A stretch of 61,177 nucleotides of DNA, filler included, from Basidiobolus ranarum (Eukaryota): NCBI GenBank assembly GCA_040143965.1. It is 11 parts of 11 records of this genome, joined end to end, with 100 filler letters (N's around TTAATTAATTAA, not from the genome) between each part and the next. Parts side by side here need not be neighbours in the genome. Positions count along the whole stretch, not along the records: positions 50,164 to 55,621 come from JASJQH010008466.1; positions 55,722 to 61,177 come from JASJQH010008467.1; 9 more parts are not named here. One strand, written 5' to 3'. The position numbers were made by a program, and so were the translations under genes. Every line of letters begins with the position of its first letter. Within the stretch, counting starts at the first letter, position 1. Below, piece by piece: positions 50,164 through 61,177 of the stretch. The notes below the pieces were generated by a model, which searched no databases, was not told the DNA's origin, and was given only the letters and a program-made list of their open reading frames with translations.

Positions 50164-52130
50164 GAATAAGGGTAAAGTGTTTTGGTTGAACTTTGCTCAA
50201 CTATTGATTTACTACGTAATTGGGGGATTACAATCTCTTCACGTGCACTATTGCAGGAAAGGAACACATCTGGTAAATTGATAAATGCTTCATCATTACT
50301 TGAGTTAATTTCCAGCATGTCGATGCCATCCAAAGTGGTGAGTGGATTGCTAGATCACTCATAAATTAAGTCTACTGATCTTGCTGGTTTTTCCTTTTGT
50401 GCCAGCAGGCTTTGGCTTTGAAGCCAATTTAACCTCCATTTTTAAGTGCTTTTCAAATGGTAATGAATATTTCAGATGATAAACTTGGTGTACTGAAGTT
50501 GCTTTGAAACAGCTTATAGAGACAAAAATTGCCTTCCATTACCAGAAATATTTTGTAAATCCCCTGATCACTCATCTGTAACACTGTCTCAAGATCAGTT
50601 AATGATATTGATGAAATTTTCCTAAAATACTACTCTTATGTAGCAGGTGTTCTTTTTCCACAACATCCTTCTCAAGCCACAACACAAGTGTTTAAAGAAG
50701 CCCTGCTCTTATTGTCACAAATTCTTTTGCTATGAATGCCAGAGGCTTCTTGGAAAAAATAATCACAAGCATAGTCACTGAACAAAGCCACCAGCTGCAC
50801 AAAGCCAGGTGAAAATTAATATTAATAAGTACACAAAATCAACTTTAGTTTTGTCCACTGATTCCACTGGATGTGCTTTGCCACAATATTTTGGTAACAC
50901 TGCCAAAAGTAAAGATACTATGTAGGTACCACATTTACATGACCAGAATGATGTAGGTAAACATGCAACTTTGGTCTAACCAACCAGGCCAGAAACTTTA
51001 AGGACATGCAGAGAGATGTTCACCTGGTTCATTCCAGTACAGATGGTATTATATCAGAAGATGAAGAGGACAATTGTTTTGTTATAGACTCTTTGTTATT
51101 GTCAAGCATTAGTCCACTTGTAACAGTTAAAATAAAGGAAACATCTTTGTTTATTCAAGAGAGAAGGGTTCATTCCAATTTTAGTAACCAGTTATTTCCT
51201 GGTTTACTTACACTTTTACCACAGTTGCTTGGCAACTGTCATAAGCCACAGACCTGGTACAAGTGGAAAACACTTGCCAATTGTATGACTAATATTCCCT
51301 CAATAGTTAAATTGCCTTGATGTCCAAATGGCTGTTTGGCTTTTTCTGGTGATTTGAAAAACTTGAAGTCATTTAATGTTTGTGTATAATTGGCAATCAC
51401 TGAATTAGGTAAAGACTTTTTCTATTTGGCATATATACCATTGATTCCTCATCTTAGAGTTTTGATGAAATCACTCAAATATAGATCATTCATCCATTAC
51501 CAAAGAACTCACCATCAAGCTAATGGTATTACCAATATACATGATGGATATCACTATCAGAACCTGAATAGTTAAGGTTTGTTTAAGAACACATATCATC
51601 ATCCATTTGAATTTGCTCTAGATGCTTTTACAATAAACTAATATACCATTGGAATGGATTGCTGGCCAATAATTTTAATCAACTTAAATCTTCCTCCTTC
51701 TGAACAGTATAAGAGTCATAATAGTTTAGTACTATCTGTCATATCTGTACCTAAATTACCAGTGCTTATAGATAGCTTCTTGGAGCCTTTGATTGCAGAA
51801 TTTGAATTGTTATCTAATAGGGTTGAGATAGGTGAATATTTTTTTAAAGCCAATATTGTTGTATGCTTTGATGACACTCCAGCCATCAGTAAACTTGGAG
51901 GTTTTTGTAGGCACAAGCACTGTCTTGCTGTAGAATTTGTCCAATTGATGGTATTTACTCTACCAGACATATACATTATTGTTATCCATATACAACACTA
52001 AACCCCACAAGTTTACCTTCAAGAGTCCAGTCGGATTTAAAAATGCTCACTGATATCAATTTATCAAAAAGTGAGTCTAACATCAAACTTAGCATCAACT
52101 GTAAGCCTATGATTATATTGCTAAAGGGGA
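50164..52130. mobile_element. CACTA/EnSpm remnant: accessory ORF 5' part (-, 50164-50760) divergent from the transposase (+, 51040-52130)
   Basis: CWPIILINLNLPPSEQYK...IDSFLEPLIAEFE...DTPAISKLGGF. The accessory ORF matches 15040-15513. Confidence 0.8.
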
Positions 52131-52149
52131 TCAGAAATATTGTGGCTGC

Positions 52150-53700
52150 AGCAAGCTGATCTAACAGTGAGTCAACTAATGGTAAGGGGTACTGATTGTT
52201 GACTGTGATGCTGTTTAGGCCTTAATAATCAAACAGAGGTGGAGGGATCCATCCTTTTTCTTAACAAATAAGATTGGAAAGCCTGCTAGAGACTTTGAAT
52301 GCTGAATAAATTATTTTTGCAGATTTTCTGCTATATAATCTTTCAGAATGTAGAGTTCTGGCTGGGTTGGCCCATAGATAGGCTCAAATGGTGGTTGTGA
52401 TCTTTCTGGTAGATATGTTGAGCAATCATAAAGGCAGCAAGTTTGGAGTATATCATATTTCTTCTTGTCATACATATCTGCAAAGGCTAAGTGTTTGGGT
52501 AGGAGTATAGGAACTACAGGTTTCGTTGGTTACAGCTCTTCAGCTTCATTGTCTGCAGATATTGGCTTCATAGCTGTGTTGAGTATTTGGGCTGTTGATG
52601 AGTGGGATAATTTGTGTTGAAATTAGCTTTGCCTAAACACCTACATAGTCATATATACTTTTGTACATAGTTTTCTTATAATTCAATAAGATATTATCCA
52701 TTATTCTTGATTGCAATTTAGTTAGAATATTTTTACCAACTTAGAAGTACTCAGATGAATAGATTTTTCAAACTTGTGCTGGAAGCCCCAAACTTAACAC
52801 ACATGTTCCTAGGACCTCCCTTAACACATTCAACACTTTAGTGTGTTTACATGTAGACAAAACTATAAATGTCAACTTTTTACTCAATAAATCAACAAGT
52901 GAAAACCACCATATCCTCTAATTTTCCAAACCACTTCCAACAGGCTCCCAAAACTTTAACACCTTGTAGGTTGACAGATATGGACTAAGAGGTGGAACTT
53001 GCTAGAACTTGATAATCTATTTTTCCAGTTGATTACTGGGTTGTGCTGCATGAACCATGTGATTCCAAGAATTTACAGGATGGTCAGGTGAAGAAATGAT
53101 ATTAAGAGCTATTTCTTCTAGATGAGCAGTGGACAGGAGTGTCATAAATATTGTTTCATGTGTCACAGCCCTGACAATAGCAGCCTTCAATCAATTACAT
53201 ATACCCGGACTGGAATATATCTCTTGTTTGTAATGTTAGAGTAGGATTTGACAAATGCAAAATCATTAAATTCTATATTTGATGGGAGTGAGATCTGAGA
53301 GTGGTCAAAGTGAGAAAGTAGAGAGGAGGAATATATCTTTGTTGTGGTCTTTCAAAAACTGATTATCAAAATGAACTGCCTGAAGCTTAGCATTAGTAAA
53401 GGTTACTGGGTCAGCCATAGTGAGTAAAAAATCCTTAATATTTTCTCCAAGTTCATATTGGGACTGGTTGATCAGGTTACATTCTCCCCAAATGATATCA
53501 CAAGCAAGAAGGCAAATTATGCAGCATAAGTTGTGGCAGGCTTTGACCCTTGTTTGAGTGCACAAAGCTTGGTAGCTGAAGTTCTCTCCTTGTCTGCATC
53601 TCCAGCTCAGCAAGGAAGGCAGAGAAGCTGGAAAGAAGCAGAGATTGACTTTCAGTCAAAGGAGCAAACAAAGATAGAGCTGTTCCTGATAGTAGTGTTC
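52150..53700 (-). mobile_element. Degenerate Ty3/Gypsy (Tf2-like) gag-PR-RT start
   Basis: LGITWF.QHNP.INW (protease end); PPFEPIY...L.DYI.ENL...FI..SKS..GFPILFVKKKDGSL.LC (RT start). Confidence 0.8.
52615..52961 (+). mobile_element. Family-A LTR inserted in the Gypsy remnant
   Basis: TGTTGAAATTAGC...CTTTAACA, 347 bp. The TSD is poorly preserved. Confidence 0.85.
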
Positions 53701-53924
53701 CCATTAGGACTACTTTTGTCTGATGAGAGAGGTATTTATTAGGATGTAGCTACATAATAAGTTTTAATTGATAGATGAAAGCACAATAATTTTAGCAAGT
53801 GCCCTCTAGCTTATTTGGTCAGAAGATTTTTGGTTCAGGAATTGTATTTGTAGGATTACTGAGTAGAGCTAAATTCACTACTTGAGCAAGCAAAGCACAA
53901 AGTTTTAGACTTTCTTGTTGAAGC

Positions 53925-54249
53925 TGATAAAAGTGTTTAGGGGATTTGGAAGTGTTTTGAACAAGATTTAGATTTGTGAATCAGACTGTTAAGTTTTATT
54001 GAATTGAGTATGTCCTATTTAAAGCTTACTATGAAATGGGACTATTGGATGTGCTTAGATCATAAGAAACATGCCTGTTAAGCATGGGTGAAAATTTGAG
54101 GTGTTTTGGATAAGATTTGCTCTAATTGATATTCCTATCAATTAGAGCAATAAACACATGTTTTTGCATGACAGAATTGCTTACTAAATGATCAGAATGT
54201 AAATAAGCAAACTACTAGATAATGTGTTGCTATTTACCTAGTATCAACA
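53925..54249 (-). mobile_element. Solo LTR family B, 325 bp
   Basis: TG...CA ends with a perfect 5-bp TSD GAAGC (53920-53924 and 54250-54254). Confidence 0.85.
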
Positions 54250-54936
54250 GAAGCTGATCAAGGGTGAGCATTATATACTTTTTATTGTAGGGGCTGGTGT
54301 AAACATAATACTTACTATGTTGGGGGGATAGTTTTAAAGCCACAAGCTTCTCTAGGAGTGATAATCACAATGCAATGTTCAACTTTATGTTGAAGGAATG
54401 ATTGGCCCCTTGACAAACAGATAAGCTGGTATCAACATCCTGTGATTTTGATCAGAGATTAAAGCTTCTTTGATCAAAAACAACTGTAAACTCAACTAGT
54501 GGTGTCTTAACAAGGATGAACTTAGAGCAATTATCCAAAGGTGGATGGTGCCCTTGCCTTAACAAGGAAGCTTAGGAAAGATGTGTCATAAGAGTGAAGC
54601 CAACCTGGGTGGGTTTCAAGGTTAGAGAACAGGAATAGAGAGAAGTCTACAGGCAAGTATATGTAGTCTGATCAAACTGTCACAGTAAGGAGCTGGAAAA
54701 GGGCTGCAAACAGAGACTAGAGGCTAGACATAATGGGGATACTTGGGTGTAGACAACAAGGCAAAATAAGAAATTCCTGGCCTGGGAAGATACTTTGTCA
54801 AGATTTTTACTTGTCAACTGGTGTTCATCAGACCTCAGTCCGATTAAGGATAACAGAGAACTTTTCTTGATATTGCAGGGTCAAATATAATATACTGGAT
54901 AGGGAATATGCTGTGGCAACTTGGATTGAGGAAAAA

Positions 54937-55006
54937 TAGCAGCAAGAGGTTTCAATCCTCCAACCTCAGGGTTATGACCTGTATGCTTCCTCTGCACCAT
55001 GCTGCT
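54937..55006 (-). pseudogene. Initiator tRNA-Met pseudogene
   Basis: AGCAGCATGGTGCAGAGGAAGCATACAGGTCATAACCCTGAGGTTGGAGGATTGAAACCTCTTGCTGCTA. A1:U72, CAT anticodon, initiator-type GA(T)xGAAA T-loop, no CpG left, short deletion in the anticodon stem. Confidence 0.85.
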
Positions 55007-55114
55007 TGTTACTATTTGAATTACTAAAACTTTATTTAAGCAATAATCTTGGTAGAATACAGGGTTTTATTACTGTTTTTTAAAACTAGCTGTTAAACAT
55101 TAACTTGTAATAAT

Positions 55115-55196
55115 GATGCTTTGGCCAAGTAATTAATACAATGCCCTGCCAAGGCATTTCCCTATGGGAGCACAGGTTCAAATCCTGCATGCATCA
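55115..55196 (+). pseudogene. tRNA-Ser (probably GCT) pseudogene
   Basis: 82 nt with long variable arm and GGTTCAAATCC B-box. D-loop GG lost; anticodon now reads GCC; no CpG. Confidence 0.75.
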
Positions 55197-55558
55197 GTTT
55201 TTAGCATTGAATACTTTTGAATAACCAGAGAAGTTGGTTTTGAATTGGACATGACTCCTAGTGGCTCAGCATTGGTTATATTTTGGCACAGACACAGCTT
55301 TGTCTGCCAATGTAAGCACATACTAAAAGCACATGTCATGTAACACACCTCTGGGGATCTCATCCTGATAATACAGACTCTGCCGGTACACTTTTAACAA
55401 TTGATAGCAACTGAAGAAATCTACCACTAAACAAAGATAATGTCATCTAAACTTCTCAAATTATTCAAGTTACCAAGCTTTGCACATGTTTCTTTAGCCA
55501 GAAAGTATTTTGTCAGAGACTGAGAGCTGTGATCCCCCAAAAGTGCAAAGACAAAAAA

Positions 55559-55621
55559 TGCCACCTCTGCAGATTCAATACAGGACCTTCAGCTCTTCAG
55601 TCTGATGCTCTCCCAACTGAG
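55559..55621 (-). pseudogene. tRNA-Phe(GAA) pseudogene, cut by the contig end
   Basis: CTCAGTTGGGAGAGCATCAGACTGAAGAGCTGAAGGTCCTGTATTGAATCTGCAGAGGTGGCA. Aligns to 28150-28222 with the CpGs mutated. Confidence 0.9.
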
Positions 55622-57179
55622 NNNNNNNNNNNNNNNNNNNNNNNNNNNNNNNNNNNNNNNNNNNNTTAATTAATTAANNNNNNNNNNNNNNNNNNNNNNN
55701 NNNNNNNNNNNNNNNNNNNNNACATGGAATCAGAAAACTTGAATATCTTGCAAACTTGTGAAACCAAACTAACATAAAAATGTTTGACTTAATATGATAT
55801 GGCAACATATAATTGGCTTCTAATATCTTGCTAAGCCATTGTTTGCATTTTAACTGGATCAAGTTGATGATGTCACTCATATACTGTTACATCTGGATAA
55901 AATCAAATTGAAACCAGTGATCTGAATAAGGAAATAGATGGATACTGCCTGACTTATAAGTGCATCATTTGGACTAATCTAGCATCCTCCACACTAAAAA
56001 TCAAGTATAGCAACTTATATACATTTACTCAAATTCCATGGAATGAATAATTCAAGCATTAGAATCACCTCATTTAGTATAAGACATGGAGAATATTTAA
56101 TACTAGTAATAGAAAATACAATTCTCCATCCCTTTTCATTGCTGTCAAGCTGCCAATGGCTTAAAATGGATAATTGAACAATTACTTACATAGAGTCCTC
56201 GATATGGAATCAATTTCAAGGTAGCATAATTTCTGCGAATAATTAACAAAGTTCATGATAGCCATGGCTCAATTGTTGCGTGAGAATTGGGCCTTGAATC
56301 TCCCTACACACATCGTTCGAAAGCTTAATTCTTGCTTGCCTATACGAGCCTGAAATACGTTGAATTAGCTGAAGTGAATCAAATTCGTCTCGTTTGAAAT
56401 GCTGGTGAACATAGAGTATCGTAGATACATCCTTTCTCTGTTTATTCCTTCGTTGGTCTGATATCTGGTAGAATCCATAAACCTATTTCAAATCTTAGCA
56501 GGCTTCCTCATTAGCAACCACTGAAACAACCACAACTTACGCTTAGCCGGCGAGAGAATGAAGAAAATCTACTAATATCATAATGTTGGGGAAGTATTTC
56601 GGATGCAAATTTACTTCGATCTTTGATACTAAATCTAGTTCCTGAGCGCTCCCAAGCTATCACATCGGAGTACTTTTGTTCCGAAAGTATGCTAAAAGTT
56701 GAAGTAAATTAAAAAAGGAGCAATATACAATAATAGATCATGAGCGAAGAAGAGATAAAGGAACGAAAGAGTTACTTGTAAAGATTCAATACAAAAGGGG
56801 ATGTGCGTACAACGTGCTTATCGGAAGGCTCTAGCATAATCATTAATCTTTAATACGACACTTTCACTGGTCTTTATATAGGTCGGGAGAAAAAAACTTA
56901 ACTAGATCCCATAATCACTCATGTAATCTTCACCACTATCAGATATGCAATGAATGTGATTGAATTTGGATGGTCAGTGTCCGGTAAAAGTAAAAGTGTG
57001 AGAGGTACTATCATTTGCTTTGTTTCATCTACTTATTTGAAAAAGTATCCGGAGTCATATTATTGTAATGTACCACCTGGTCAGTCATTTCTCCATGCAT
57101 TTGGGTTATAAAAATGTATATATTTCTCATTCGCAATATCACAAACGTTAAAGGGCGCTGCTCGATAGTGATGCAACCC

Positions 57180-57455
57180 CAACCTTTTTTTTCTGAAAAA
57201 TTGACGCTTCAAATATATCAATTTCATGAGGGCCACAACCTACACCGTAGTTAGGGTGATCTTCACCAGGATGTGCACATTTATTAAGTATTTGACTTAA
57301 TTGTTCGAAAATTCCCTAGGCATACTTTGAAATATGTATCGTAGGTATATGGTTGGGTACCATACTCCATATCCTGTTCTACTCAAATTACCTAGAGTCC
57401 AAAAGAGACGTCAATAGAACCAAGAGAGATACATCAGTGAAACAAAATATGGTCC
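57180..57455 (-). pseudogene. KRE6/SKN1 fragment (deleted paralog)
   Basis: Collinear with about 58270-58630 (WTLGNLSRTGYG, PYTYDT, LNKC..PGEDHPN.GVG...HEIDIFEAS) with internal deletions. Confidence 0.8.
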
Positions 57456-57657
57456 AGAGATCAAATAAAGAACTAGGAAATTGGATTTAAATCTAATCAC
57501 CTTTTTATTTTCAAGATATAAGCTTGAAGTAAATATAACCATGGCTCATATATAACTGAAAGTTTACTTCTGCGCATACAATTACTACTAATATTAGCGG
57601 TTCATGTACATATAGAATGGCATGGTCGAGTATAATGATAAGAACAAACTGGCCATA

Positions 57658-58645
57658 CTATTTGGTCGAATTGTTGGCCCAACAAGTTGGAGTAAGAGAA
57701 TACTTTGGAAACTCGTAGCCAGCTTCTTTCCATGTTTTTGGGATGGGGGAGTTGTAGGCCTTAGGATGATCTTTGATATATTGAGCGGTGGGGAAGTTTG
57801 ATGGATCACAAGAAACATTAATCTTGTCAGGAAGTTGATAAACGCGGACATAGTCGATCCACATTGTACTTTGGAAGGTCAATTTTTTCAAAGGAACCCT
57901 TCTAACCCAATTATCCGACATGCCAACATTCATAATAATCGACATAGGCTCTTCACTAATTAGTCTTTGAGCAGTTTTGGAGAGCAAGTCAGGTCCAAGT
58001 GCTCCAGCATCTAATCTCCATATATCCTTGTCGTTAATTCTCCAGATAATATATCCTTCGGCTCCAGGTACATATTCGAATGAATATGTTTGAAAACCTT
58101 TTCCTTCATACACGTTTGATGGAATTCGAGCAACCGTAGAAAGACATTGTTGGAGGTTATCAACTTTATAGCTGTTCCTTGTTGCCGTTTTGATCATAAA
58201 TATGCATATAATTATCATCTGCAGAACGATTTCCGCCATGAGGATTGAAGTTTAAAGGTGCTACTTGATCCGAGAGTGAGGCTATGCCATGTTTCTGAGA
58301 AACTGATGCTTCAAATATATCAATTTCAGGAGCACCGCGACCTACACCAGGGTTCGAGTGGTCTTCGCCAGGGCATACACATTTGTTAAGCCCAGGTAGT
58401 ATGGAGCATTGAAACCATGGACGGGATGTAGAAGGCATGCTTTGATTTACAGCAACTGCAGCATCACTTGTATCGTAGGTATATGGCCAGGTACCATCAG
58501 TAGTAGCTCCATATCCCACTCTACCCAAGTTACCCAGCGTCCAAATACCAGGCCAAAAGCCTGGAATTTCACTAGAACCAGGGAGAGATACATTGACTTC
58601 AATAATTCCACCAGTGAAGCAAAATTTGTTCCAACTTTGAATCAT
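57658..58645 (-). pseudogene. KRE6/SKN1-like GH16 beta-glucan synthesis-associated protein, frameshifted near 58190 and lacking its N-terminus
   Basis: [40 protein letters not shown] and [12 protein letters not shown] in one frame. N.Y...LQQ..S, ISEEPMSIIMN and IDYVRVYQ...CDP..FPT..YI..H..AY in another. Confidence 0.85.
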
Positions 58646-59053
58646 CGAAGCATTGACACTCTGACAAAAGTATCACACGTATCATCCAAATATGGCCATG
58701 TACCTGGTAAAAGTACCATCGTGATCTAAATACCGGGAATGGCATATCTACTTAAATATTCACGATGTCATTTCAAAGTGACTTTCTAAATACATTTTGT
58801 AACACTTGAGCAGCTGAGGGAACTTCAAACCATATGCTCTACTAGGCTAGTGGCATCATGGCTTATGACCTTTGTCAACGGTACGTGAAGGGTATATGAA
58901 TTGATAAAATTATATGAATATACTTGTGAGAACAAGTCGGTGGTAAGTAAAGATGCCGGTCAAGCATCATGAACTTGACAGAAATTTAGCTGGCTACTTC
59001 TTAGGAAAGAGAGTTAACACAAGTGAATAATTGAGGGACTCGTAACTAGCTTC

Positions 59054-59190
59054 CTTTCATGTTCTGGCGGCGGGGGAGTTTTAGATCTTAGGATGAACTT
59101 TAATATATTGAGCAGTAGGGAAGTCTGGTGGATCACAAGAAATATTACTCTTGGCAGGAAGTTGATAAACACGGACGTAGTCGATGCTCA
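59054..59190 (-). pseudogene. KRE6/SKN1 C-terminal fragment (third copy)
   Basis: IDYVRVYQLPAK.NISCDPPDFPTAQYIK.HPK; matches 57720-57870. Confidence 0.85.
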
Positions 59191-59796
59191 TGATACTTTT
59201 AAGGGAAACTTCTAAATGTCAGATTCCAATGCCGAAACCTAACTAGCTGACGTACTGAGCTAATATATGTATCGATCTATATAATGTCGCACCTCACCCC
59301 GATTGAACACTAGTATCCGTGCACTAATTCAATAATTTTGAATTCAAGCAAATTGGAACAATATGCCTCCCAAATTTTACTCGATTTAATATTTTTATTA
59401 TAATTCTCATTAATATATTTAGATATTTTTCCAACTTAGGATTATCGATTCTAACACAAATTAAATTTTGTAATGATTTGTTGGTATAATTTTGTCTGTA
59501 TAATAGTACATACAATCACTTGAAACAGATCAAAATTAATTGGTAATGATTCAATCAAGCATCATGATGAATAATGATTGATTTACTGAATATTCTACAT
59601 ATCGTGATCTTTCCCGAATATTAACAACAAATCACATATGGTTGGGACGCTTGATGATAAGCCGAACTGTCAGTTAAAATTCATTCTCTATATATAAATA
59701 AGCATGAAGGTTGGAAAAAACAGAGGCTGTAAAAGAATTCACTTAACAGTAGATCATTACCTATTATGCTGGCGTTTGTAGAGATTGAGTTCCACG

Positions 59797-59872
59797 GATT
59801 ATACTATCAAAGGATAGCTATACGAACCGAGAGAGATTATACTATCAAAGGATAGCTATACGAACCGAGAGA
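59797..59872 (+). repeat. Perfect 2 x 38-bp tandem duplication
   Basis: GATTATACTATCAAAGGATAGCTATACGAACCGAGAGA occurs twice in a row. Confidence 0.95.
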
Positions 59873-61177
59873 AGAGCAATACTAAATCCTATGCTATATC
59901 TCCATCCATAGTATGCTCCACATCCTACTCCTTTCCCCACTTTTAGCCACTATTGGGAAGTGATTTCTTATAGTTGACGATTGGTTAATCTTACAGATTA
60001 TATCACCACCAATTTGTGAAACTGATTCAGCATGACAGGTAAGCTATAAAATGACTCACATTTATTAATACACTAACTCATATTTGAGCAGCCCCATATC
60101 TTCAAATTATAGGCAAGCGAAGGGTGAGGTGAAAAGCTACTACCACATTTGTGAATCATGTGTCTTGCTAAGTGATGAATACCCGAGTGTAAGAATCACA
60201 CATTTCTTTATGTTTCCCGCTAACCATGATCAATGGTTTGTTCAGTACAGACATGCAATACTCAACCATCCTACCCAAGTCTGAGATTTCCTGACTAACG
60301 ACGACAATCCGAGTCAGATAATGGCATACTTGAGTAAGATGATTGAGTATTACATATATACTCTAAACAATCCATTAATTGTGAATAATAAGAACGAACA
60401 TGTGTGCTTTGAACGCCGGCGCTCAATTATTTCCAACATGGTTAATATTCAGTTACTCTCAACATCGCGCTATCCTTCACTGATTCCTTTTCCTCCAAAG
60501 AGACTATCACGGACTTCGTCGATATTATCTCAGGTACGATTACAATCACGGAACTCTTGACGGGCTCGTGGTAGCTCCAATTGCAAGGATAGCCAGCATA
60601 CTGTGATATTTAAACTTCGGAACCTTCATTAGAACCTTATAGGTTGTATAGTTAGAAATAGGGAGGTGGAGAAGGAATGGAATATGAAAGGAGTTAATCT
60701 CCAAAAATCTCACACCCGAAGGCAACTTAAATTTACCAACGCGATTGCAACATGTCTGAGTGCTTGGACATGGGGAGATGATGGTTATATTTATATATTA
60801 TGGCGATATTACTACAAATATCTTATTTCTACTTTATACTCTCGGTATGAAATTTAGACCACTTGTACCTCCGTGTTTATATTTCCGCCCCTCTAATGCT
60901 CACTATATTTGGTCTTTTTTTATGATACAACTTGGATTGTTAAATTCAATTTCGCAAGTCTGAGATTGCCAGCTATTACAAGCAAAAGTACTTTCTCATT
61001 AAGCCAATCATAGTATCTCTACCAAGCCTACAGCTTAATCAAGCTTAAAAGTTTCTCAAACACTTGATTTCCATATAAGGACTTTCTCAGGTAGTGAGTC
61101 ATATATATGCAAGACATAGATTGTGATAGGATGATTAATATGCTCCAAACTAGTAAAACCAAACTTACGTCAAAGTG

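Noticed and set aside
55115-55196. Ser-body tRNA with GCC anticodon as a Gly-to-Ser recoding tRNA
   Set aside because: The D-loop GG and several stem pairs are lost and its neighbours are equally decayed; it is a pseudogene.
58166-58239. Programmed frameshift in the KRE6-like gene
   Set aside because: No clear slippery heptamer, the N-terminus is missing and flanking copies are fragments. Pseudogenisation or assembly error is simpler.
59797-59872. 38-bp repeat as CRISPR-like
   Set aside because: Two adjacent copies with no spacer, in a eukaryotic context.

Overview
This window is not one locus. It is 11 unrelated contigs sorted by decreasing length (5484, 5482, 5480, 5476, 5475, 5471, 5468, 5465, 5462, 5458, 5456 bp), joined by artificial 100-nt linkers (N44-TTAATTAATTAA-N44). 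The content is an AT-rich fungal nuclear genome with short GT-AG introns. An early-diverging lineage (Zoopagomycota/Mucoromycota) is my inference only. Recognisable genes: an SDR oxidoreductase, VTS1 (5' part), a membrane-anchored GH5 glucanase, two CsbD-like genes, a 2OG-Fe(II) oxygenase (3' part), DID4/VPS2, mitochondrial TrpRS (MSW1), THADA/TRM732 (3' part) and a decaying KRE6/SKN1 cluster. Much of the rest is CpG-stripped transposon debris (CACTA/EnSpm, two Copia LTR families, Gypsy/chromovirus, DDE_Tnp_4-like). The standout is contig 6 (27898-33368). It holds 16 intact, intronless tRNA genes with 16 different anticodons, including a Ser-Ile dimer, and no protein gene. Its first and last 111 bp are identical, which points to a 5,360-bp unit of a collapsed tandem array or a circle. 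A CpG-decayed iMet/Ser/Phe tRNA cluster on contig 10 and an uncharacterised protein with seven GoLoco-like repeats on contig 2 are also notable.
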